This document shows, piece by piece, positions 1 to 7,956 of a DNA stretch of 24,042 bases (its first letter is position 1; the number at the start of each line of letters is the position of its first letter). The stretch comes from Gemmatimonadota bacterium (GTDB lineage Bacteria > Gemmatimonadota > Gemmatimonadetes > Longimicrobiales > Gaopeijiaceae). The stretch covers positions 1 through 24,042 of the forward strand of contig JBDHHQ010000067.1 of the NCBI GenBank assembly GCA_039589315.1. The letters are read 5' to 3'. Both the position numbers and the translations under genes were made by a program. Under the pieces are notes generated by a model. It ran no database searches. It was not told where the DNA came from and saw nothing but the letters and a program-made list of their open reading frames with translations.

Positions 1-1297
1 CGATGAAGTTGGCGGTTTGCGACTCCGACAACGACGTCTGGCTGACCTTGCCCAGGTAGGTGACGATGTGGCCGTGAAGGCCGTCGACCCGGTCGTCCAT
101 CCTCTCGATCCGGGTCAGGTCTTCCGGAGTGCCGCGCGTCATGGCCGGGAGGATCGCCATCAGCATTTCCCGTACCTGATCCCCCATGTGCAGGATCTCC
201 AGGCGGGCCCGGTCGAGTGCCAGGCTCGGCGTTCGGAGCAGCTCGATGTCCAGGTACTTGGCCCGGATGATGGCCTCCTCCGCGAGGGGCCGATCGGGGA
301 CGAGCCGGTCGACGATGCGGGCGATCTGCGGGGCGAACCAGATGAACAGCAGGGTGTTGCCCACGTTGAACACGGTGTGGGCATTGGCGATCTGTCTCGG
401 CGTCTCCGCCGCCAGGCGAGCGGCGCCCGTGAGGGTCCCGGCGCTCGGCGACAAGGAGGTCACCGCCAGGGCCAGCTGGTCGATGAATGGAAGCCAGACG
501 AGGACACCCGCCACGTTGAAGCCGACGTGCACGACCGCCGCTCGCACGGCCTCCCGCGGCTTGCCGATGGCCGCAAGCAAGGCCGTGACACAGGTGCCGA
601 TGTTGGCCCCGAACGCCAGCGCGATGCCTGCGGGCAGGGTGATGAAGCCTTGCGAGGCCATGACGATCACGACACCGGTGGTCGCCGAGGACGACTGGAT
701 CAAGGCGGTGAACAGGCCCCCGGCCAAGATCCCCAGGCCGGGCCGCTCCATCCGGCTCATCCACTGGAGGAACGGATCGTAGGTGCGCAGGGGGTGCATG
801 GCATCGCCCATGACGGCCATGCCGAAGAACACCAGTCCCAGGCCCATGACCAACGTCCCGTACTGCCGCATGCGCTCGCGCTTGCCGAAGAACATGGTGC
901 CGAAGCCGACCGCCACCATGAGCAACGCGTACTGGGTCACCTTGAAAGCCACGATCTGGGCCGTGATCGTGGTGCCGATATTGGCGCCCATGATGATGCC
1001 GATGGACTGAGCCGCGGACATGAGCCCCGCGCTGATGAATCCCACCACGAGAACCGTCGTCACGGATGACGACTGGATGACCGCCGTGACGAAGGCCCCG
1101 GTGAGCGCCCCCATGAACCGGTTCGAGGTGAGGCGGGCCAGAATGCCCTTCATCCTCTCCCCGGCCACGGCCTTGAGGGCTTCGGCCATCTGCTCCATCC
1201 CGAGCAGGAAGAGGGCCAGGCCGCCCAGGAGCCCCATCGTCAGCGTGAACGCGTCGATGGAACCGTTCTGGACGGGGGCCGCCACGAAAGGAATCAC
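1..1297 (-). CDS. Na+/Pi cotransporter family protein (NptA/YjbB-like) with C-terminal PhoU-like domain; runs off the left edge
   Basis: Missing from the ORF track (no stop in window), so translated by hand from GTG at 1297, with GAGGGGG just upstream. Reads GLALFLLGMEQMAEALKAVAG...TAVIQSSSVTTVLVVGFISAGLM...IIMGANIGTTITAQ (QSSS and GANIGTT signatures). Later PKYLDIELLRTPSLALDRARLEILHMG and MDDRVDGLHGHIVTYLGKVS match the PhoU-like tail. Confidence 0.93.
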   Translation of the reverse strand, partial: MIPFVAAPVQNGSIDAFTLTMGLLGGLALFLLGMEQMAEALKAVAGERMKGILARLTSNRFMGALTGAFVTAVIQSSSVTTVLVVGFISAGLMSAAQSIGIIMGANIGTTITAQIVAFKVTQYALLMVAVGFGTMFFGKRERMRQYGTLVMGLGLVFFGMAVMGDAMHPLRTYDPFLQWMSRMERPGLGILAGGLFTALIQSSSATTGVVIVMASQGFITLPAGIALAFGANIGTCVTALLAAIGKPREAVRAAVVHVGFNVAGVLVWLPFIDQLALAVTSLSPSAGTLTGAARLAAETPRQIANAHTVFNVGNTLLFIWFAPQIARIVDRLVPDRPLAEEAIIRAKYLDIELLRTPSLALDRARLEILHMGDQVREMLMAILPAMTRGTPEDLTRIERMDDRVDGLHGHIVTYLGKVSQTSLSESQTANFI

Positions 1298-1328
1298 GGA
1301 AGCCCCCTCATGACGACCACCGCCGAGG

Positions 1329-1817
1329 TCACTCGGGGACCTCGGCGTCGCCGTTCTTCACGATCGTAACGGGGATGGGCGACAGCTGAACTACCCGCTG
1401 CGCCTTGGACCCCAGCATCAGATGGGCGATGCCCGTGAGTCCCCGGCTACCCATGACGATGAGCTGAGCCCCCAGGGTCTCGGCGACCTCGAGAATCCGG
1501 GTAGCCGGCAATCCCACGACGAGCCTCACATCGAGCTCGGGCAGCCCCATGAGGTCGGGCTCACCCGCCAGGGAGGCGACGAAGTCGTCCAGGCGCTCCC
1601 GGGCGGCGTCCTCCAGGCTGCGGATGTGTCCGCTCGGGCTCACCTGCTGGTAGTAGCCCGGAGTGGCCGCGGGGTCATGGACGACGTGGAGCAACACCAC
1701 CGACGTCTCGAACGCTTTGGCGGCACGGGCAGCCCACCGCAACGCAACTCGGGAATGCTCAGAGAAGTCCGTCGGCACGAGGATCGGTCCGCCCGGGGCC
1801 CGTGGCTCGTCCGCCAT
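1329..1817 (-). CDS. Universal stress protein (UspA family)
   Basis: ILVPTDFSEHS...ALRWA at the N-terminus, LLHVV, and LIVMGSRGLTGIAHLMLGSKAQRVVQLSPIPVTIVK are USP hallmarks. Confidence 0.95.
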   Translation of the reverse strand: MADEPRAPGGPILVPTDFSEHSRVALRWAARAAKAFETSVVLLHVVHDPAATPGYYQQVSPSGHIRSLEDAARERLDDFVASLAGEPDLMGLPELDVRLVVGLPATRILEVAETLGAQLIVMGSRGLTGIAHLMLGSKAQRVVQLSPIPVTIVKNGDAEVPE

Positions 1818-1948
1818 CTGGTCTCCGTACTCGTATCGGGTACTCGCGGCGCGTTCGAAGGGCGCGATCGTCAGGGAGCCGTCGCCGGCGGCCCGAGGCG
1901 TGCTCCGGAACCGGACGCGTGATCCGCGGGGCCGTGCGACGGGCAGTA

Positions 1949-1998
1949 TTGTAACGATATGCCAGTCAATCTGTAACTAATAGGCCACACTATTACAG
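1949..1998. promoter_or_regulatory. Candidate Pho-box-like half sites in the divergent promoter region
   Basis: AT-richer patch with TTGTAAC (1949-1955) and CTGTAAC (1971-1977) 22 bp apart, plus CTGTAAT on the - strand (1992-1998). These resemble PhoB half sites (CTGTCAT consensus, 11-bp period) and lie between two phosphate-uptake units. Confidence 0.4.
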
Positions 1999-2075
1999 AG
2001 CGGGGTGTTCTTCTGCAACAACTCCATGTAGAGTCCGGCGTCTCGAAGCCCCGCACCTTAGTCGAGAGCGTCGCC

Positions 2076-3167
2076 ATGAGACCAGCCGCACTCTTCGTTT
2101 CCGCAACCGTGGCCCTTGTCGCGCTGCTTCCTGCACCGTCACCGGCCGCGGCCCAGGTCGAGATCTCCGCCCGGTCCGCCAACATCCGCATCGGAGGCCG
2201 GCTCCACTTCCAGATGGCCCACAGCTCGGCACCCGACCGCGAGGCCCCGGACTTCTTCGTCCGCAGGGCCCGCATCGTCGCCGATGTCCAGATCACCGAC
2301 TTCCTCGACGGCCGACTTCAACCCGCCTTCGTGACGGGCAAGGTCCTGCTCCAGGACGCCTACTTCCGCCTGAAGTTCGATCCTGCTTTTCGACTCTACT
2401 TCGGACAGTTCAAACAAGCGTTTGACATCTTCGAGCTGACGTCGAGCACCGAGATCAACGTGGTGGAACGGGGTGGCTTCATCCCGGGCATCGACGTGTG
2501 TCGTGGTGTCGGGCGGCTCTGCTCGTACGGCAGGTTTGCAGCGAGCCTGCAGTACGGCGGCCGGGACACCGGCATTCGGGCCGACGGGACGTTCGGGGGC
2601 GGCAAGTGGTCCTACATCGCGACGGTCACCAACGGTGAAGGGATCTTCGAGAACGCCGACGAGAACGGCCGGAAGTCCACCGCGGCGAGGCTGGCCTTCA
2701 CGCCCGTGGAGGGCCTCACCTTCGCCGCGAACGTGAACGCCCACGACTACGCGTTCGAGTCGGGCGACGAGGAGATGGCGCAAACCGCCATCGGTTGGGG
2801 TGGCGACATCCAATGGGGCGACTTCCGTGAGGGGTGGCTGTTGCAGTGGGGTCTGATGGCCGGCGAGAACTGGAAGCTCCTGAACGACACGAACGACCCG
2901 TCCTCGTTCCTCACCACACAGGCAATCGTCAGCTACTACCACGTCCTCGAGGAAGGAGGGAGGCTGGAGGGGCTCGAGCCGGCCTTCCGACTGAGCTGGG
3001 GTGATCCGGACACCGACGCGGAAGATGACGCCGGCTGGCTCATCACGCCGGGCTTCAACATCTACGTGTTCGGGCGAAACCGGATCAACGCCAATGTCGA
3101 CATGTGGGTTCCTGAGCAGGGCGATACGGAGTTCTCCCTCCGGGCGATGACGTACCTGTACTTCTGA
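2076..3167 (+). CDS. Outer-membrane porin, OprO/OprP (phosphate-selective porin)-like
   Basis: Signal peptide ending AAA-Q. IGGRLHF, FFVRRARI, LLQDAY, GQFKQAF and GRDTG motifs. Amphipathic beta strands ending YLYF. First gene of the pst operon. Confidence 0.8.
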   Translation: MRPAALFVSATVALVALLPAPSPAAAQVEISARSANIRIGGRLHFQMAHSSAPDREAPDFFVRRARIVADVQITDFLDGRLQPAFVTGKVLLQDAYFRLKFDPAFRLYFGQFKQAFDIFELTSSTEINVVERGGFIPGIDVCRGVGRLCSYGRFAASLQYGGRDTGIRADGTFGGGKWSYIATVTNGEGIFENADENGRKSTAARLAFTPVEGLTFAANVNAHDYAFESGDEEMAQTAIGWGGDIQWGDFREGWLLQWGLMAGENWKLLNDTNDPSSFLTTQAIVSYYHVLEEGGRLEGLEPAFRLSWGDPDTDAEDDAGWLITPGFNIYVFGRNRINANVDMWVPEQGDTEFSLRAMTYLYF

Positions 3168-3211
3168 GGCCGCGCCGGATCCGGGCCGTCCCAACTCAAG
3201 AGGAAGGACCA

Positions 3212-4084
3212 ATGAACACCAAGCTCATCCCTGCGGCTCTGTTGATTGGCCTCGCCTGTGGGCCGGGCGGCGATCGAGCCTCCCGGACGGTGCTCCAGAA
3301 CAAAGGCTCCGACACCCTGGTCAACGTCGCCCAGGCCTGGGCTGAGGCCTACGGATCGGTGGACCCCACGACGGCCATCGCGGTCACCGGCGGTGGATCC
3401 GGGACCGGGATATCGGCCATGATCAACGGGACAGTAGACATCGCCAACTCCAGCCGGAAGATGCGGGACAGCGAGATCGAGGCGGCCCGTGCCAACGGTC
3501 AGGACCCCATCGAGTTCGTCGTCGGGTACGACGCCGTGGCAGTGTTCCTCCATCACGACAACCCCATCGAGGAGCTCTCCATCGCCCAGCTCGCCGCCAT
3601 CTACGGTGAGGGCGGGAACGTCGAGAGCTGGGAGCAGCTGGGCGTCACCGTGCCGGGCTGCAGCAGCGGCGAGATCGTACGGGTGAGTCGGCAGAACAAC
3701 TCGGGCACCTACGCCTACTTCCAGGAAGCTGTGCTGGGCGAAGCCGAGTACAAGCTCGGCTCCCGCGACATGCACGGCTCCAGCGAGGTCGTGGAGCTCG
3801 TGACCAACACGCCGTGCGCGATCGGATACTCGGGGCTGGCCTATGCGACGCCCGAGGTCAAGTCGCCCGCGGTCTCGGTCGAGGAGGGCGGAGCCGCGGT
3901 GGGACCGTCCGTGGCCACAGCCATCGATCAGTCGTATCCGATCGCCCGGCCTCTGTTCATGTACACTGCCGGTCAGCCCGAGGGCGCCGTGAAGGTGTAC
4001 ATGGACTGGATCCTGGGCGACGGGGGCCAGTGTATCCTGCTCGACCAGGGCTACGCGCCGGTCCGCGCGGTCCAATGCGGTTGA
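3212..4084 (+). CDS. pstS: Phosphate ABC transporter substrate-binding protein, probable lipoprotein
   Basis: KGSDTLVNVAQAWAEAY, VTGGGSGTGISAMINGTVDIANSSR, SRQNNSGTYAYF and YPIARPLFMYT motifs. RBS AGGAAGGA. Hydrophobic leader ending in Cys16. Confidence 0.96.
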   Translation: MNTKLIPAALLIGLACGPGGDRASRTVLQNKGSDTLVNVAQAWAEAYGSVDPTTAIAVTGGGSGTGISAMINGTVDIANSSRKMRDSEIEAARANGQDPIEFVVGYDAVAVFLHHDNPIEELSIAQLAAIYGEGGNVESWEQLGVTVPGCSSGEIVRVSRQNNSGTYAYFQEAVLGEAEYKLGSRDMHGSSEVVELVTNTPCAIGYSGLAYATPEVKSPAVSVEEGGAAVGPSVATAIDQSYPIARPLFMYTAGQPEGAVKVYMDWILGDGGQCILLDQGYAPVRAVQCG

Positions 4085-4090
4085 ATGGAT

Positions 4091-4142
4091 GATGCCTCGG
4101 TGGCGGCCACGCCGGAGCTGTCCCCGCCGCCGCTTTGGCGTC
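4091..4142 (+). other. Intercistronic stem-loop after pstS (mRNA stabiliser or partial terminator)
   Basis: CGGTGGCGG (4098-4106) pairs with CCGCCGCCG (4124-4132), and GATGCC (4091-4096) pairs with GGCGTC (4137-4142). Both imperfect pairs are G-U on the + strand only. Confidence 0.45.
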
Positions 4143-4203
4143 GGATGCACCCCGCTCGAACCACCGGCGACGCGGCATTCCGGCTAGGCGACGGAGCGAC
4201 CCC

Positions 4204-5286
4204 GTGAGTCACTACGAACAGAGATTGTCCAGGGATCTGGAGGCGATCCGCGACCAGGTCCGATCGATCGGGACCGCGGTCCACCAAGCGCTGGTGTCGG
4301 CGGTGAGGTCCCTTCTGGAGCGAGACGAGGCGCTGGCCAGCACCACCATCCTCGGCGACGGAGCCATCAACCGTGCCACTCGCGAGTGCGACCGGATGGC
4401 CCATGCCTTCGTCGTCCGCCACCTCCCCTCCGCCCGGCACCTGCGTTTTGTCTCGTCGGTGCTCCGCATGGACGTCGCCCTCGAGCGCGTCGGTGACTAC
4501 GCGCGTACGGTGGCGCGGGAAGCGGCGATCCTGTCCGCGCCCTTGCCCGACGAAGCCGCCCGCGACGTGGAGCGGTTGGGCCGCGAAGCGACGAGCATGC
4601 TCGAGCAATCCGTCAGGGCGTTCGTCCAGGGCGACGTCGAGCTCGCCCGGGAGGCGCGTAAGCGCGCGCCGGAGGTCGACGAGATCTTCCAGCGGGTGTA
4701 CGGCGACCTGCTGCAGGCAGGCGAACGACACGAGCGGCCGACGCAGGACCTCTTCGCTTTTCTGTCCGCCGTTTCCTGCCTAGAGCGCGTAGGCGATCAG
4801 GCGAAGAACGTGTGTGAGGAGACCATCTTCACCGCAACGGGCGAGACCAAGGACCCCAAAGTCTACCCCATCCTTTTCGTGGACCAGTACGGCGACCTCC
4901 TCGCCCCCATGGCATCGGCGTACGCCAGAAAGGCCTATCCGAACTCCGGCCGGTACGACACGGCGTCCTGGGCGCCGTTCCATGAAGTCGACGGCCGTGT
5001 GCTGGCGTTCCTGGACCGCCAAGGAGCACCGCCGTCAGACCGGTCGCCGCAGCTCTTCGATCCGAGCCGCAAGCTGCTCTCCGGCTTCCACGTCGTGGTC
5101 GGCCTTCAGGAAGGCGTGCGTGAGCGGATCTCCGAGGTCCCGTACGGGACGGTATTCGTGCAGTGGCGGCTCGACGGCGACCCGGCGCGGAGCGGCGACG
5201 AGGAGGAGCTGGTGGCGCTCTATCGCGCCATCGCCCACGAGGTGGCGGGGCTGATGGAGGCCCTGCGAGGGCAGGACGCCGACTGA
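4204..5286 (+). CDS. phoU: PhoU fused to a C-terminal degenerate LMW-PTP/ArsC-fold domain (360 aa)
   Basis: GTG at 4204 with GGAG 7 nt upstream. PhoU repeats ALERVGDYA and CLERVGDQAKNVCEETIF. About 140 extra residues start at ILFVDQYGDLLAPMASAYA. Confidence 0.9.
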   Translation: MSHYEQRLSRDLEAIRDQVRSIGTAVHQALVSAVRSLLERDEALASTTILGDGAINRATRECDRMAHAFVVRHLPSARHLRFVSSVLRMDVALERVGDYARTVAREAAILSAPLPDEAARDVERLGREATSMLEQSVRAFVQGDVELAREARKRAPEVDEIFQRVYGDLLQAGERHERPTQDLFAFLSAVSCLERVGDQAKNVCEETIFTATGETKDPKVYPILFVDQYGDLLAPMASAYARKAYPNSGRYDTASWAPFHEVDGRVLAFLDRQGAPPSDRSPQLFDPSRKLLSGFHVVVGLQEGVRERISEVPYGTVFVQWRLDGDPARSGDEEELVALYRAIAHEVAGLMEALRGQDAD

Positions 5287-5288
5287 GC

Positions 5289-6233
5289 ATGGCCACACCC
5301 GGGTCACTCCCTCCCCCACCGTCCTCGATGGCCGGCCGGTCTGCCGTGGACCGCCTCGACCTGGCCTGGTACATCGACCGGGTCGTTTCCGCCCTCGTCT
5401 TCATCGGGGGCATCTCGGCGATCGTGTTCATCGTCGGGATCTTCGTGTTCATCACGAAGGAGGGCGTGGGCTTCATCCTGGGGGCCTTCGACTTCAAGGA
5501 GTTCTTCGGATCGCCCGCCTGGCGCCCCACTTCGCGAAACCCGACCTACGGGGCCCTGGCTCTGATCGTGGGCACTGCCAGCATTACGGGCTTGGCCATG
5601 GTGGTTTCGGTCCCGTTCTCGCTCGGCGCGGCCATCTTCATTGGCGAGTTCGCCAGGGGCAAGCTCCGAGAGACGCTTAAGATCTTGGTAGAGCTTCTGG
5701 CTGCAATTCCTTCTGTCGTATGGGGTTTTATTGGACTTAGTGTCATGAACCCCCTCATCATCCGGTGGTTCGACGTGCCGGTCGGGCTCAACATGCTCAA
5801 CGCCGGGGTCATCCTCGGTCTGATGGCCGCGCCCATCATGACCACGATCGCCGAGGACGCCCTCAAAGCCGTGCCGGACACGTACCGGGAGGCCGCTGAG
5901 GCCCTGGGTGCCACGCGCATGCAGGTGATCTTCAAGGTGGTGATTCCGGCGGCCAAGAACGGCTTGGCCGCCGCCGTGCTGTTGGGGGTCGGACGAGGCT
6001 TCGGAGAGACCATGGCGGTCCTGATGGCCAGCGGGCATGCCATCAACATGCCGTCGAGCATCCTGGACTCCGTTCGGGCACTGACCGCCACCATTGCCAC
6101 GGAGCTTGGCGAGGCCCCACGGGGCTCCGACCACTATCAGGCCCTTTTCGCGCTGGGAATCCTGCTGTTCGTGGTGACCTTCATCATCAACCTCACCGCG
6201 GACCTGGTCGTCCGGGGCATCCGGAAGGAATAG
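5289..6233 (+). CDS. pstC: Phosphate ABC transporter permease PstC
   Basis: ATG at 5289, 2 nt after the phoU stop. ELLAAIPSVVWG, EDALKAVPDTYREAAEALGATR (EAA loop), GRGFGETMAV and HYQALFALGILLF. Confidence 0.96.
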   Translation: MATPGSLPPPPSSMAGRSAVDRLDLAWYIDRVVSALVFIGGISAIVFIVGIFVFITKEGVGFILGAFDFKEFFGSPAWRPTSRNPTYGALALIVGTASITGLAMVVSVPFSLGAAIFIGEFARGKLRETLKILVELLAAIPSVVWGFIGLSVMNPLIIRWFDVPVGLNMLNAGVILGLMAAPIMTTIAEDALKAVPDTYREAAEALGATRMQVIFKVVIPAAKNGLAAAVLLGVGRGFGETMAVLMASGHAINMPSSILDSVRALTATIATELGEAPRGSDHYQALFALGILLFVVTFIINLTADLVVRGIRKE

Positions 6234-6236
6234 GCC

Positions 6237-7130
6237 GTGACAGCCGCTTCCCGAGCCGCCCTCTTCCACGCCACCCCGCTGAACGTACGGAACCGTCAGG
6301 TTCAGGTGCTGGTCCGCGTTCTCCTGGGGGTGGTGACCGTGCTGCTGATCGTGCCGGTGCTGATCATCCTGGGCATGTTGGTCTACAAGGGCGGCCCCGC
6401 CATCAGCACCGAGTTCCTGTTCGCCTCGCCCACGGACCAGCTTCGTGCCGGCGGAATCTTCCCGGCCCTGCTCGGGACGATCTGGCTGGTGACCGTGGCC
6501 CTACTGGCCTCCGTGCCTGTGGGTCTCGCGGCGGCGCTCTACTTGAGCGAGTACGCGCCGGACAATTGGCTGACCCGTGCCATCAACCTGGCCATCATCA
6601 ACCTGGCGGGTGTGCCGTCCATCGTTCACGCGCTCTTCGGCGTGGGGGCCTTCGTTCTGTTCTTCGGCTTCGGCGAGAGCATCCTGGCAGCCAGCCTCAC
6701 GCTGGCCGTCATGACCTTACCGGTGGTCATCGTGGCGACCCGGGAGTCCCTTCAGGCGGTCCCTCAGGCGTTTCGGGAAGCCTGCTGGAACATGGGCGCG
6801 ACGCGGTGGCAGACGATTCGCAGGGTGGTGTTGCCGAACGCCATCAGCGGACTGCTCACCGGCATCATCCTGGAGGTCTCGCGGACCGCAGGGGAGACGG
6901 CGCCCATCATGTTCACCGGAGCCGCGCTCTTCATCCCCTTCCTTCCCCAGAGCGTCTTCGACCAGACCATGGCCCTGTCGTACCACCTGTACGGGGCCTC
7001 GACCATGATCCCCGGGATCAGCGAGGAACGGAAGTTCGGCGCCGCCCTGGTCCTGATCTCGATGGTCCTTCTCATGAATGCGACTTCCGTCCTGTTCCGC
7101 ATGTGGCTGAGGAACAAGAAGAAGTGGTAG
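6237..7130 (+). CDS. pstA: Phosphate ABC transporter permease PstA
   Basis: GGIFPALLGT, LYLSEYA, NLAGVPSIVHALFG, AVPQAFREACWNMGATRWQTI and RTAGETAPIMFT. Confidence 0.96.
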   Translation: MTAASRAALFHATPLNVRNRQVQVLVRVLLGVVTVLLIVPVLIILGMLVYKGGPAISTEFLFASPTDQLRAGGIFPALLGTIWLVTVALLASVPVGLAAALYLSEYAPDNWLTRAINLAIINLAGVPSIVHALFGVGAFVLFFGFGESILAASLTLAVMTLPVVIVATRESLQAVPQAFREACWNMGATRWQTIRRVVLPNAISGLLTGIILEVSRTAGETAPIMFTGAALFIPFLPQSVFDQTMALSYHLYGASTMIPGISEERKFGAALVLISMVLLMNATSVLFRMWLRNKKKW

Positions 7131-7200
7131 AGGTGGACGACGTGTCGGCTCCGATGCTCGACCCAGCCCGCGTCGTCGCGGGAGCGCCCGGAGGACCGTC

Positions 7201-7956
7201 GTGAGCGTCAAGCTGGACGTGCGACACCTGACGATCCGCTACGGGTCGAACGTGGCCCTTCGCAACGTCAGCCTGCAGGTCCGCGAGCACGAGATCTTCG
7301 GCATCATCGGTCCCGCCGGGAGCGGCAAGACGTCGTTCCTGAGGGCGCTCAACCGCATGGACGACTTCGCGTCCGGCATGTCGGTGCACGGCGAGGTGAT
7401 CTTCGACGGAAAGGACGTCCGCGATTGGCGGAACGTGTACGCTCTTCGCCGGCGGATCGGGGTCGTCTTCCCGCTGCCCGTGGGCTTGCCCATGACCGTG
7501 TACGAGAACGTAGCGCTCGCCCCCCGCCTGCGCGGTATCCGGAAGAAGGCGTTGTTGGATGACATCGTGGAGCGCTGTCTCACACGGGCCGCGCTCTGGG
7601 ACGAGGTGAAGGACCGCCTCGACTCGTTGGGTTCTCTCCTCAGTGGCGGACAGCAGCAACGACTGACCATCGCACGAGCGCTGTCTCAGGACCCGGATCT
7701 ACTGCTCCTGGACGAGTTCTCCATCGCGGTGGATCCCGTCACGACCATGCGCATCGAAGACGTGCTCAAGGAGCTCAAGAAGGAGGTCACGATCATTCTC
7801 GTGACCAACCTGGTTCAGCAGGCCCGGCGACTGGCGGCGCGAACGGCGTTCTTTCTCATGGGTGAGCTCGTGGAGGTGGGAGACACCGAGTCGCTGTTCA
7901 CCGGTCAGGTCGAAGACCAGCGCACGCGGGATTATGTGGAGGGGCGTTTTGGCTGA
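7201..7956 (+). CDS. pstB: Phosphate ABC transporter ATPase, first copy (intact signature, degenerate Q-loop and H-switch)
   Basis: GTG with GGAGGA RBS. Walker A GPAGSGKTS, AALWDEVKDRL, LSGGQQQRL, Walker B LLLLDE, C-terminal TRDYVEGRFG. Confidence 0.9.
   Translation: MSVKLDVRHLTIRYGSNVALRNVSLQVREHEIFGIIGPAGSGKTSFLRALNRMDDFASGMSVHGEVIFDGKDVRDWRNVYALRRRIGVVFPLPVGLPMTVYENVALAPRLRGIRKKALLDDIVERCLTRAALWDEVKDRLDSLGSLLSGGQQQRLTIARALSQDPDLLLLDEFSIAVDPVTTMRIEDVLKELKKEVTIILVTNLVQQARRLAARTAFFLMGELVEVGDTESLFTGQVEDQRTRDYVEGRFG

Noticed and set aside
17..1313. + strand ORFs 17..1069, 186..782, 783..1010 and 1020..1313
   Set aside because: Antisense shadows of the Na/Pi cotransporter on the - strand, with no recognisable motifs.
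7133..7204. Mini-ORF of about 23 codons and a 7-bp inverted repeat between pstA and pstB1
   Set aside because: No convincing RBS or motif, pstB1 has its own strong SD, and the repeat is expected by chance at this GC.
7201..7956. pstB1 as a pseudogene
   Set aside because: It is full length with no frameshift, has a strong RBS and intact Walker A/B and signature, and its defects complement those of pstB2.
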